Origin: Candidatus Saccharimonadales bacterium
GTDB taxonomy: Bacteria; Patescibacteriota; Saccharimonadia; Saccharimonadales; UBA4665
Length of the DNA stretch: 64,000 nucleotides
Reading direction: 5' to 3'
Assembly: GCA_035510715.1 (NCBI GenBank)
Contig: DATKGQ010000019.1
Coordinates: 15,153 to 79,152 of the forward strand
Part shown: positions 9,543 through 18,363 of the stretch, piece by piece
Layout of the letters: each line of letters opens with the position of its first letter
Position numbering within the stretch: position 1 is the first letter of the stretch
Notes under the pieces: model-generated
Database searches by the model: none
The model's input: the letters and a program-made list of their open reading frames with translations, nothing else
Told to the model about the DNA's origin: nothing
Program-made: the position numbers and the translations under genes

Positions 9543-9641
9543 TATTTATCACATAAAGCCCCCAGACGGTTTCCCGAATGGCTCGCAATGAGCTTATTTA
9601 TTTTCTTGTTAGATTAACCATTATGCATGGTTACCACGCTA

Positions 9642-10175
9642 CTATACATCAAGATCATCTAGATCTTCAAGTTCTCTGCGGGTTTTACTGACAACATCTT
9701 CGTGATTGACTTCTTCGGCCGGCTCTTCTGGAGCAGTTTCTTCGGCTTGGTGATCATCATGATCGATTCTGGTTTCGGTATCAGTCGGCTCCGCGGCAGC
9801 CTGACTACCACTGCTGTCATCGGCTACGGCCGGCTGCGGTTGATCGCTAGCCGTATTATTATCATTACTAGCCGCCGGCGGTGCCGCGCTATACGAGTTG
9901 TTGTCATATGAATTACGGGGCTGCATTGGCCCGTTGTCAATGATTTTCAAGTTATATCGGGCATCGTTCTTGGTGCCGAGCGCACGCAGTAAAGTCCGCA
10001 GGCTCTGAGCCGTTGCTCCCCGCTTGCCGATCACCCGGCCTAAGTCTTCCGGATCGACAGTTAATTCCAGTAATACACCCTTTTCGTCAATCCGCCTATC
10101 GACAACTACCGCGTCTGGTTTGCTTACTAAGGACTTAACGATATATTCAACAAATTGCTGATCAATACTGTTCAT
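9642..10175 (-). CDS. KH-domain RNA-binding protein (YlqC-like) with a long acidic C-terminal tail
   Basis: VIGKRGATAQSLRTLL is the GxxG KH motif. The first ~80 aa are KH-like. The remaining ~95 aa are an acidic, low-complexity D/E/A/P/N-rich tail. Confidence 0.8.
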   Translation of the reverse strand: MNSIDQQFVEYIVKSLVSKPDAVVVDRRIDEKGVLLELTVDPEDLGRVIGKRGATAQSLRTLLRALGTKNDARYNLKIIDNGPMQPRNSYDNNSYSAAPPAASNDNNTASDQPQPAVADDSSGSQAAAEPTDTETRIDHDDHQAEETAPEEPAEEVNHEDVVSKTRRELEDLDDLDV

Positions 10176-10261
10176 GACAGAAATCTCCTATTTAGTCTTT
10201 ATTTATTATACTAGATAAAAATGCAATGAGTATAAATCTTTGCCCGGAAATAACTTTTGTC

Positions 10262-10789
10262 TTAAGTTTTCTCTGCCGGGACTTCTTTTTCGGGAACGGT
10301 TTCAGCCGGCGTCTCATCAGCTGGTTTTTTGTCTGGTACTGATTCCGGTTCTTCAACCGGCGGAGTGGCAGACTCTTCGGTTGCTGCGACTTCCTCTGGA
10401 GCAGATTTTGGTTCTTCAGCCGGTTCTGCTGTTTCTTCGGCTGTCTTTGGAGCAGGTTTTGGCTCTTCAGCCACTGCCGGACGATTGCGCCGTAATTTAT
10501 CAGTGTTTTTTACCGGCCGGGCGTGTTTCTCTTTAATCTGCACCCATTTCGGTAGAGTAATGCCTTCAGCCTTAAGGAGCCTGGCTACCCGGTCAGATGG
10601 ATGGGCGCCATGTTCGAGAAAAAATGCCGCTTTCTCTTTGTCAAGCACAATCGTCTTCTGATGCGGATCATAATGGCCAAGTTGAGTAACAATCTTACCG
10701 CGGGACGGGTGACGATGCGAATCTTGAACAATTAAGCGGAACATCGCGTGTCCACTGCGGCCGGTTCTTTGCATGCGTATAGCTAACAT
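10262..10789 (-). CDS. rpsP: 30S ribosomal protein S16 with a Pro/Glu/Ala/Lys-rich C-terminal extension
   Basis: MLAIRMQRTGRSGHAMFRLIVQDSHRHPSRGKIVTQLGHYDP is canonical S16. About 85 aa of PEEPK/PAE low-complexity tail follow. Confidence 0.92.
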   Translation of the reverse strand: MLAIRMQRTGRSGHAMFRLIVQDSHRHPSRGKIVTQLGHYDPHQKTIVLDKEKAAFFLEHGAHPSDRVARLLKAEGITLPKWVQIKEKHARPVKNTDKLRRNRPAVAEEPKPAPKTAEETAEPAEEPKSAPEEVAATEESATPPVEEPESVPDKKPADETPAETVPEKEVPAEKT

Positions 10790-10871
10790 ATTATTTCTAA
10801 CACCAACTTTATCTTAACGTTAAATAATAGTTTGATATTGTTGCTTATTCTACAGATTACGTCCTCTGTTG

Positions 10872-11600
10872 TCAATTATTGTCACCAGATTTATCAGCTG
10901 ATTGGGGATCATAAAACCGCAGCGCTGACTGGGCGGCTTGCTGCTGGCCGGCCTGTTTGCTGGGTCCGACACCGGTTCCTTGTATATGTCCGTTAATGTA
11001 GACCCCGACGGTAAAGGTCTTGTCGTGATCCGGTCCTTCTTCGCTGATAACCTTATAAATCGGCGTAAACCCCTGTTGGTTTTGAACCATTTCCTGTAGA
11101 TGCGATTTCGGATCCAGCCAGGAGCCGCTGACTAAAATATCATGAAAAGTTACCAGCAGGACATTGGTAATAAACCGCTTGACGGCTTCATAGCCCTGAT
11201 CAATATACAGGGCGCCAACGACAGCTTCGAAACTGTTGGCTAAGATTTGGGCCCGGGCTCGATCAGTTCCCCGTTTTTCGCCGCGGCTTAAGCGGAGCAG
11301 TGGTTCAAAACCGAGCTTTTCAGCGGCCGCGCCAATACTTTCGGTCCGTACCAGTGAACTGCGCCAGTTGGTTAAGATGCCCTCGGGCTCATCAAAATTC
11401 GAATAAAGATACTCGGTGGTAACCAGCTCCAGCACGGCATCGCCCAAAAACTCCAGCCGCTCATTATGCTCGTGAACGGTTTTCTTGTGCTCATTAAGAT
11501 AGGAACGGTGCGTAAAAGCGGTGATCAGTAAATTAATATCGTTAAAGGTGACTTGCAAGATGCTATTAGCAAAATTAATATAAAGATCGTTTGATTGCAT
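10872..11600 (-). CDS. rnc: Ribonuclease III
   Basis: NERLEFLGDAVLE signature plus a C-terminal dsRBD (GPDHDKTFTV...AAQSAL). Confidence 0.92.
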   Translation of the reverse strand: MQSNDLYINFANSILQVTFNDINLLITAFTHRSYLNEHKKTVHEHNERLEFLGDAVLELVTTEYLYSNFDEPEGILTNWRSSLVRTESIGAAAEKLGFEPLLRLSRGEKRGTDRARAQILANSFEAVVGALYIDQGYEAVKRFITNVLLVTFHDILVSGSWLDPKSHLQEMVQNQQGFTPIYKVISEEGPDHDKTFTVGVYINGHIQGTGVGPSKQAGQQQAAQSALRFYDPQSADKSGDNN

Positions 11601-11606
11601 AACGGC

Positions 11607-12101
11607 TTAAAGATTATTATCGCGGATCTTTTTTAATCCTACTAACATTAGTTTGCTGATATCCTCATATTCAATTTTATCAATAGCTTCTTGGGACGGA
11701 AACCATTTTACGGCGTTAAGCCAGTCTTCCGGCTTAAAACTATTGCTGTCCCCGAGCGCTTTAACCAGATAAATATGCATGGTCATTAAAACCAGCGTTT
11801 GAGTCCGCCGGTAACGGAAGTTAACTTTACCGAGCCAATTAAGGACCTGCATTTCTTTTAGTCCGGTCTCTTCGCGGATCTCGCGTTCGGCAGTTACGCG
11901 CGGCTCTTCACCGGATTCGACATGACCCTTGGGAATCGTCCAGCGGTCTTTGGCGTCTTGAATCAATAATATCTCTACTTTGCCGCTGGCATCGCGCCGG
12001 AAAATAACACCACCGGAAGTGGTTTCACTAACCGCTTCCGTAATTGTCGGTGGACGTTTGACCAACCGGCGGAATCCTTGGATTGGTTTCGGACGCTTCA
12101 T
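11607..12101 (-). CDS. NUDIX hydrolase
   Basis: [23 protein letters not shown] matches the Nudix box GX5EX7REUXEEXGU. Confidence 0.85.
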   Translation of the reverse strand: MKRPKPIQGFRRLVKRPPTITEAVSETTSGGVIFRRDASGKVEILLIQDAKDRWTIPKGHVESGEEPRVTAEREIREETGLKEMQVLNWLGKVNFRYRRTQTLVLMTMHIYLVKALGDSNSFKPEDWLNAVKWFPSQEAIDKIEYEDISKLMLVGLKKIRDNNL

Positions 12102-12595
12102 GTTTTCTCCTTGGGTTTACTCTTCTTGACAGTGGTTTTTGGTTTGCGGCTAGCTGGTTCTGTTTTGGCGGTTTCCTTCTGTCGTAGCACTGTTCCCAGT
12201 ACCCCGTTAATAAATTTGGAGGAGTTTTCACCGCCGAAGGCTTTGGCCAACTCAACCGCTTCATTAATGACTACTTTGGGCGGGATATCTTTTCCGTAGA
12301 TCAACTCATAAAGACCAATATACAGAACGATTCTATCCATCCGGGCGATCTGGTCGATCGGCCACTCCGGGGCCACCGGCTGGAGTATTTCGTTTAGCTT
12401 CTGCTGGTACTTGATAATGCCATGGACCAAATCCTCAACGAAAGTTGTATCATCGATCAGGTGATTATAACGCTCAATGTTGCGCGTTAGAATCGTATCC
12501 AATTCACCATTCTCGTCGCCGGCTTGGCGCCGAAAATCTTGCTCGTAGAGCGTTTGTAATGCAATTATTCGACCTAAGTGACGATTTGATGCCAT
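12098..12595 (-). CDS. nusB: Transcription antitermination factor NusB
   Basis: [34 protein letters not shown] and [24 protein letters not shown] are NusB motifs. Basic K-rich tail. Confidence 0.88.
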   Translation of the reverse strand: MASNRHLGRIIALQTLYEQDFRRQAGDENGELDTILTRNIERYNHLIDDTTFVEDLVHGIIKYQQKLNEILQPVAPEWPIDQIARMDRIVLYIGLYELIYGKDIPPKVVINEAVELAKAFGGENSSKFINGVLGTVLRQKETAKTEPASRKPKTTVKKSKPKEKT

Positions 12596-12629
12596 ATTGT
12601 TAAATACTGCTTATAACAGCTAGTCTAGT

Positions 12630-12791
12630 TTATTTAGCTGACTTTTCGGTCAATTTTTTTCCGGATTCGCGGCGGGTCGTATAGACTTTCACCGGCGAAT
12701 GGGCATTTACTTTACGGGCCAGATCAACAACGACGTGGCTACGCCGAGAACGGGTTCTACGAGCAGTCGTGCGTTTTTTGGGCTGTCCCAT
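12630..12791 (-). CDS. rpmF: 50S ribosomal protein L32
   Basis: Below the ORF-track size cutoff. Reverse translation gives MGQPKKRTTARRTRSRRSHVVVDLARKVNAHSPVKVYTTRRESGKKLTEKSAK (53 aa). The PKKRTS..R..RR.H N-terminus is typical of L32. Confidence 0.75.
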   Translation of the reverse strand: MGQPKKRTTARRTRSRRSHVVVDLARKVNAHSPVKVYTTRRESGKKLTEKSAK

Positions 12792-12919
12792 ATTGTATTT
12801 GACTCCTTTTGTTATATAACCGACAAATCGTTCCTAATTATAACCTAAAGAACCGCTTCAACACAACCTGTCCGGGTATAAAAAATTAAATCTTGAGATT
12901 TCATGGATAGTACTTATAA

Positions 12920-13285
12920 TTGGCTATCATGGGAATAAATGACTACGACAATTTCTTTCTGCCCACGGACGATTTAAAAAAATCCCGTGACTTTTATGAG
13001 AAACTCGGATTGAGCGTTAAGTTTGATTTCTCCGACCAGGGCATGCTGGCTTTTAAGATTAGCAATCAGGAGCCGGCCATTATTTTAAAAGATACCAAAA
13101 ATTTCCCGGATGCCAAGCCGACAATCTGGTTCGTAGTTGACGATGTCCAAGAAGAATATGAAAGACTGCAGGAAAAAGGCGTTGTTTTCCTATCAGAACC
13201 CTTTGAAATATTTACCGGCCGGGCCGCCGAATTCGATGATCCGTTTGGAAATAGATTAGGCATTACGGACTACACTAAACTTTAA
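12920..13285 (+). CDS. VOC family protein (glyoxalase/bleomycin-resistance fold)
   Basis: 121 aa. FYEKLGL...FDF near the N-terminus and DPFGNRLGI near the C-terminus are typical VOC strands. The 12920 start is TTG and an ATG alternative lies at 12929. Confidence 0.7.
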   Translation: MAIMGINDYDNFFLPTDDLKKSRDFYEKLGLSVKFDFSDQGMLAFKISNQEPAIILKDTKNFPDAKPTIWFVVDDVQEEYERLQEKGVVFLSEPFEIFTGRAAEFDDPFGNRLGITDYTKL

Positions 13286-13323
13286 GTCCGAATAACGATC
13301 CGCCAAGTTGTCTGATATTGCGC

Positions 13324-14538
13324 TTATGGCTTTATGCCGTAGTTTTGCTCAAGGTATGATTGACCATTTGTACCATCTTGCCCGTAGTGCTCATCGCGCA
13401 ATGCATCTTCATAACCCTCATCACCAGGGTATAATGTGTTTCCTCGCTTCACGGCATCATGTGCCCTAACTTCGCCAAATACTTTCTTTAGACTGGCAAC
13501 ATCGGCTTCACCAAGTTTCCGTGTTTTTTTCATTTCCACTTTGTCAAACTCTCCATCAGAGTCCTTACTAGTTTCAACTACCTCATAATAAGCAGTGTCT
13601 GTTTTGTGAGACCTATCATAGCCGCCGCTATTAAATGGAATTTTATCAAACATAGGTATATGCCACTTTTCGGCAGTAGTACCGAGCGGACCGTTAGTTT
13701 TGGTAATGTCTATTGAGCCGTCTAATCTATTATTGAACTTTACTTGCACCCACTTGTTGTGTCCGTGTTCTTGTAAAGTCTCCCACCCGCCCATAAACTT
13801 GTATGCAAGGTCTAGTGCTTCAAGATTCAGACTTAGCGGGTCGCCATCTTTTCGTAAACGCTCCGCTATTAAATGACTATAGCGTAAGAAAACTGCTTCA
13901 ACTTTATGGCCTGGGGCTTCTTTGAGTGCTTCTGCAAGCGATTTGCCCACCTCTACCTCGGCTTTTTTAAGGTCATACTGATTGCCCACTTCTCGTGGCG
14001 TTTTTTCTGCTAAGTTACTTTTGCGTCTACGTTCAGCTAATATCATGAGCTTTGCTTTTTCTGGGTTGTGGCTGTAGTCGCTAGACAAAGACTCATCATG
14101 CAGTTCCCCAGCGGAATTTTCAGCATCATCAGCCGCTTTCTCAAAAACCTCTGCGCGTTCCTCGGGAGTATTTTTGTCCTTAAGCCACCAGTCATATTTC
14201 CCGACATTAACTCCTTTTGTATCTTCGCGAACTGCCCTAGCCGCTGTGCGATATGTATCACCTGCTTCAGCCATATCTCGGGCTTTGTCTTCGTCCTGAA
14301 CGTAGCCTTCTTCACCCTCGCGGATTTGGGTTTTATCATCACTATCGTCTTCTGTCACCTGTCCGTCATCATGGTCAATAGATGCCATCGGTTTTGGTTC
14401 ACCAGTTTCTGCAGCCGATTGATCGGGGGTCCAGTCCGCAGTAGGCGGAGTAGTGTCTCTTGCCTCTGTTGATTCGCTGCCTTCAGGTGGGGGCGTGTCC
14501 TGCCCATTGTTAGATTGAGCTATTTCTTCTCCCGCCAT
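13324..14538 (-). CDS. Hypothetical acidic protein (orphan-like)
   Basis: 404-aa ORF. AAGGA Shine-Dalgarno about 8 nt upstream of the ATG. Own promoter-like element. Disordered D/E/T/P-rich N-terminal ~100 aa. No TM segment or signal peptide. No motif I recognise. Confidence 0.6.
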   Translation of the reverse strand: MAGEEIAQSNNGQDTPPPEGSESTEARDTTPPTADWTPDQSAAETGEPKPMASIDHDDGQVTEDDSDDKTQIREGEEGYVQDEDKARDMAEAGDTYRTAARAVREDTKGVNVGKYDWWLKDKNTPEERAEVFEKAADDAENSAGELHDESLSSDYSHNPEKAKLMILAERRRKSNLAEKTPREVGNQYDLKKAEVEVGKSLAEALKEAPGHKVEAVFLRYSHLIAERLRKDGDPLSLNLEALDLAYKFMGGWETLQEHGHNKWVQVKFNNRLDGSIDITKTNGPLGTTAEKWHIPMFDKIPFNSGGYDRSHKTDTAYYEVVETSKDSDGEFDKVEMKKTRKLGEADVASLKKVFGEVRAHDAVKRGNTLYPGDEGYEDALRDEHYGQDGTNGQSYLEQNYGIKP

Positions 14539-14579
14539 TTTATTTATCCTTTTGTTTATTTTTTAACTAAGCTATTGTT

Positions 14580-14608
14580 CATTTAAACAAAACTGTGGAA
14601 TATGTCAA
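14580..14608 (-). promoter_or_regulatory. Sigma70-like promoter for the 404-aa orphan gene
   Basis: The minus strand reads TTGACA (plus 14603-14608), 17 nt, TAAATG (plus 14580-14585). An 8-bp perfect hairpin GTAGCTAG/CTAGCTAC at 14612-14638 lies just after the leuS stop. Confidence 0.4.
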
Positions 14609-14663
14609 GGAGTAGCTAGGTAATTATTACTAGCTACCGGCTGGCCAGAAATAAAAATACAGC

Positions 14664-17123
14664 TTATTTGATAACAAAATTTATCAGCTTCTGCGGCACG
14701 TAAACTACCCGGGTAACTGTTTTATCTTTCAGGTACGGGATAACTTTTTCATTGGCCTGGGCGGCAGTGGCTACTTCGTCCTGGCTGGTTGGCAGCGGAA
14801 CATTTACTTCGGCCCGCAGTTTGCCGTTAACTTGGACGACGACCGTTACCGTGTACTCTGTTAGAAGCGATTCGTCCCATTCCGGCCACGCGGTTTTATG
14901 GATCGACTCGGTATGCCCAAGATCCTGCCACAGCTCTTCAGCGATATAAGGCGCAAACGGGGCCAGCAGACATAGCAACTGTTCCAGCGCTACTAGCCAC
15001 TCTTGCCGGTGGGAATAATTATCTTTGACTTTTAATTTATAGAGCTCATTGACGGTTTCCATTAAAAAGGCGACAGCCGTATTAAAGCCGAAATCCGACA
15101 TATCTCCGCTGACCCGCTTGATAGCCCGGTGCATCACCCGTTTTAACTCCAACGCTAATGACCCATCATCGGTTTCGGCTGGCGTTTCGGCTGGTTTGAC
15201 CGCTAAAAATTCCTGGGTAAGAGTCCAGATACGCTGCAGAAAACGGTAGGTACCGCCCAGGCCTTCGGTATTCCAGTTGGTGGCCTGGTCCCACGGTCCG
15301 ATAAATAATTCCATCAGTCGGATTGAATCGGCGCCATATCCCTGAGATATAAGACTGTCGGGTTCAATCGTATTGTGCTTGCTCTTACTCATTTTGGAGC
15401 CATCCGGCGCCAAAATCATACCCTGGTTGCGCAACCGCTTAAACGGTTCCTGGAAGTTAATCAGCCCTTCGTCAAACATTACTTTGACCCAAAAGCGGGC
15501 ATAGAGCAGATGCATGACGGCATGTTCGGGGCCGCCAATGTAATAGTCGACCGGCAGCCAGTAGTCAGCTTTGTCCTTGGTAAACGCGGCCTGGTCATTA
15601 TGTGGATCGGCAAAGCGCAGAAAATACCAGCTGGAACAGGCAAAGCCGTCCATGGTATCAGTTTCCCGCTCAGCCGGACCGCCGCATGTTGGACAGCTTG
15701 CCTTAAGGAACTCCAGGCTGTTGGCCAGCGGGCTCTGGCCGTCGCCGCGCGGCTGGTAATCACTGATTTCCGGCAGCAAGACCGGCAAGTCCTTGTCAGG
15801 AACCGGCACGCTGCCGTCTTTCGGGCAATGGATAATCGGGATCGGCGCGCCCCAGTAACGTTGGCGGCTGATCAGCCAGTCACGCATCTTATAGTTAGTC
15901 GTAGCCTGGGCAGCACCATCGGCCGCTAAGTCACTGACCATTTTCTGCCGAGCTTCGGTAGAGTTAAGGCCGTCATATTTACCGGAATTTATCAGCAGAC
16001 CTTCGCCTTCATACAGACCATCAGCCGCTTCCGGTGCTTTGATCACCTCTATAATCGGTAAATTAAAAGCCTCGGCAAAATCATGGTCCCGCTCATCATG
16101 GGCCGGTACGGCCATAATCGCTCCGGTACCGTAATTCATTAAAACGTAATCGGCTACCCAGATCGGTAATTTCTGCCCATTAACCGGGTTGACCCCGTAA
16201 GCGCCGCTGAAAACGCCGGTTTTTTGGCGTTTGGTTTCCTGCCTTTCGATATCCGAACGGACTTCTGCTTGTTTGACATAACTGTTGACGACGTCGCGCT
16301 GGTCATCAGAGGTAATAAGCTCAACCAGCGGGTGCTCCGGCGCCAGGATTAAGAAGGTGGCCCCGAATAAGGTATCCGGCCGGGTAGTATAGACATCAAT
16401 TTGCTGGTCGCTGCCGTCAATTTTAAAGCTGACCTGCGCGCCGCTGGAGCGTCCGATCCAGTTGCGTTGCATACTTTTAATGGCTTCCGACCAGTCCAGA
16501 TCATTGAGATCGTCAAGCAAGCGGTCGGCATAAGCCGTAATCTTAAAGAACCACTGTTTCAGGGCCTTCTTCTCAACATCGCTGCCACAGCGCCAGCACT
16601 TGCCATTCTCCACTTGCTCATTTGCCAGCACGGTTTTATCAACCGGACACCACCATTGCAGGCTATCCTGCTGGTAAGCCAGCCCCCGCTTGAATAGCAG
16701 CAGAAAAAACCACTGCGTCCAACGGTAATAAGCCGGGTCAGTCGAGTCAATCAGCCTGGACCAGTCATAGCTAAAGCCCATCTGCATCAGCTGCTGCTTA
16801 AACTTACCGGTATTTTTATCAACTGCCTGTCGCGGACTGATACCGGTTTTAATGGCATAATTCTCAGCCGGCAGGCCGAAAGCGTCCCAGCCCATCGGGT
16901 GGAGGACATTCAGGCCTTTCATCCGGCTATAGCGCGCAAATGCATCACCGATCGTGTAATTACGGACATGGCCGACGTGCATGGCCGTGCCGCTGGGGTA
17001 TGGGAAATACTCGGCGACATAGCATTTTGGTAAAGCAGAGTCGTCACTGACGCTATAAAGCTGGTCTTTCTCCCAGCGCTCCCGCCATTTCGGTTCAATT
17101 TCTTTCGGATTATATCGTTTCAT
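14664..17123 (-). CDS. leuS: Leucine--tRNA ligase
   Basis: 819 aa. YFPYPSGTAMHVGHVRNY (HIGH region), KMSKSK (KMSKS) and a CP1 editing domain are present. Confidence 0.97.
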   Translation of the reverse strand: MKRYNPKEIEPKWRERWEKDQLYSVSDDSALPKCYVAEYFPYPSGTAMHVGHVRNYTIGDAFARYSRMKGLNVLHPMGWDAFGLPAENYAIKTGISPRQAVDKNTGKFKQQLMQMGFSYDWSRLIDSTDPAYYRWTQWFFLLLFKRGLAYQQDSLQWWCPVDKTVLANEQVENGKCWRCGSDVEKKALKQWFFKITAYADRLLDDLNDLDWSEAIKSMQRNWIGRSSGAQVSFKIDGSDQQIDVYTTRPDTLFGATFLILAPEHPLVELITSDDQRDVVNSYVKQAEVRSDIERQETKRQKTGVFSGAYGVNPVNGQKLPIWVADYVLMNYGTGAIMAVPAHDERDHDFAEAFNLPIIEVIKAPEAADGLYEGEGLLINSGKYDGLNSTEARQKMVSDLAADGAAQATTNYKMRDWLISRQRYWGAPIPIIHCPKDGSVPVPDKDLPVLLPEISDYQPRGDGQSPLANSLEFLKASCPTCGGPAERETDTMDGFACSSWYFLRFADPHNDQAAFTKDKADYWLPVDYYIGGPEHAVMHLLYARFWVKVMFDEGLINFQEPFKRLRNQGMILAPDGSKMSKSKHNTIEPDSLISQGYGADSIRLMELFIGPWDQATNWNTEGLGGTYRFLQRIWTLTQEFLAVKPAETPAETDDGSLALELKRVMHRAIKRVSGDMSDFGFNTAVAFLMETVNELYKLKVKDNYSHRQEWLVALEQLLCLLAPFAPYIAEELWQDLGHTESIHKTAWPEWDESLLTEYTVTVVVQVNGKLRAEVNVPLPTSQDEVATAAQANEKVIPYLKDKTVTRVVYVPQKLINFVIK

Positions 17124-17142
17124 AACTTAACGCTTGAACCGG

Positions 17143-18306
17143 TTAGAATTGCTGCAAGAAATTGGTATTGAAGACAGTCGTTAAGTCATGGCGCTTGGCA
17201 AACCTGGCCTTGGCGAGCTCAACCAGATTTTCAACCAGATCAACGCTGGATAGTCCAGACTGCCGCCAGTTATGGATGGACAGGCTGCCGGGTAACGGAT
17301 TAACTTCGTTGAAATAGACTTTTTTGGTTTTGGAATCAATCAGCATGTCCACCCGGGCAATGCCGCTGCAGCCCAGAGCCCGGTAAACTGCCAGGCCGGT
17401 CTTTTCGGCCTTATCATATAAACTCTTCGGTAAGTCAGCCGGTATTTTGCTGTAGCCCTGCGCGCCCTTGGAACTGCCCGCCGGCTGGCTTTTCTTGCCA
17501 CCGCGCAGGTATTTGGTATCAAAATCAAAGAATTTATCGGTTTTATGCAGCGGTTGTTCCAGCAGGGCCGGCTGAGGCTTTTCGTTGCCGATGACCGGCA
17601 GCGTAACTTCAATCAGATTTTGGATGGCTTCCTCGACCAGCACCGTGTCGTCGTAGTGGGCGGCTACTTCCAAGCCGTTGGTCAGTTCTTTGGCGTTAAC
17701 TACCCGGCTGATACCGATACTGGAACCAAGATGGGCCGGCTTAACGAAAAGCGGATAGTGCAATTCCTTTTCGATCGATTCAACAATCGGCAGCAACTCG
17801 TATTTAATATTGTCAGACGAAAAACTCAAGTACTGGGCTACCGGAATACCGTTTGCGGCGGCTAATTGTTTGCTTAAAACCTTATTCATGGCAATCGCGC
17901 TAGCGCTGACACCGCAACCGGCATAGGGTACGCCGGTCAATTCCAGCAGCCCCATCAGGTCGCCATCCTCACCATAGGTGCCGTGCATGCTGGGGAATAC
18001 CAGATCGATTTTTTTCTGCCGGTGGCCACCGAGGGCATTGTATTTAACGAGTGTCAGCCCGTCCTTAAAACAGAGGCTGACCGGCTTGGTATGGTCGATA
18101 AAGTGCTGGATTTTACCGCTTGAATATAACTCGATGTCTTTCAGCTGGTCATCCCAGTACCAAGTACCGTTTTTGGCAATATAGACCGCTTCAACCCGGT
18201 ACTTGCCGGTCAGCTCCAGGGGCTTGATGATGCTGGCGATGGCAGTAATAATTGAAATATCGTGTTCGGCCGAACGGCCGCCAAAGATAACTGCAATTGT
18301 TTCCAT
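17143..18306 (-). CDS. ddl: D-alanine--D-alanine ligase
   Basis: VIFGGRSAEHDISI, HGTYGEDGDLMGLLEL, ATP-grasp region, ARVDML...YFNEVNPLPG. Confidence 0.9.
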   Translation of the reverse strand: METIAVIFGGRSAEHDISIITAIASIIKPLELTGKYRVEAVYIAKNGTWYWDDQLKDIELYSSGKIQHFIDHTKPVSLCFKDGLTLVKYNALGGHRQKKIDLVFPSMHGTYGEDGDLMGLLELTGVPYAGCGVSASAIAMNKVLSKQLAAANGIPVAQYLSFSSDNIKYELLPIVESIEKELHYPLFVKPAHLGSSIGISRVVNAKELTNGLEVAAHYDDTVLVEEAIQNLIEVTLPVIGNEKPQPALLEQPLHKTDKFFDFDTKYLRGGKKSQPAGSSKGAQGYSKIPADLPKSLYDKAEKTGLAVYRALGCSGIARVDMLIDSKTKKVYFNEVNPLPGSLSIHNWRQSGLSSVDLVENLVELAKARFAKRHDLTTVFNTNFLQQF

Positions 18307-18363
18307 ATTACTTTAGTATAAACAATAAAGCCGAATTGTTCTATCGGTTAGTTTTTGGCAATC

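Noticed and set aside
15375-15929. 184-aa plus-strand ORF, plus several others inside leuS, uvrA, obg and alaS
   Set aside because: All are antisense or off-frame within genes that have unambiguous full-length homology motifs, so they are shadow ORFs.
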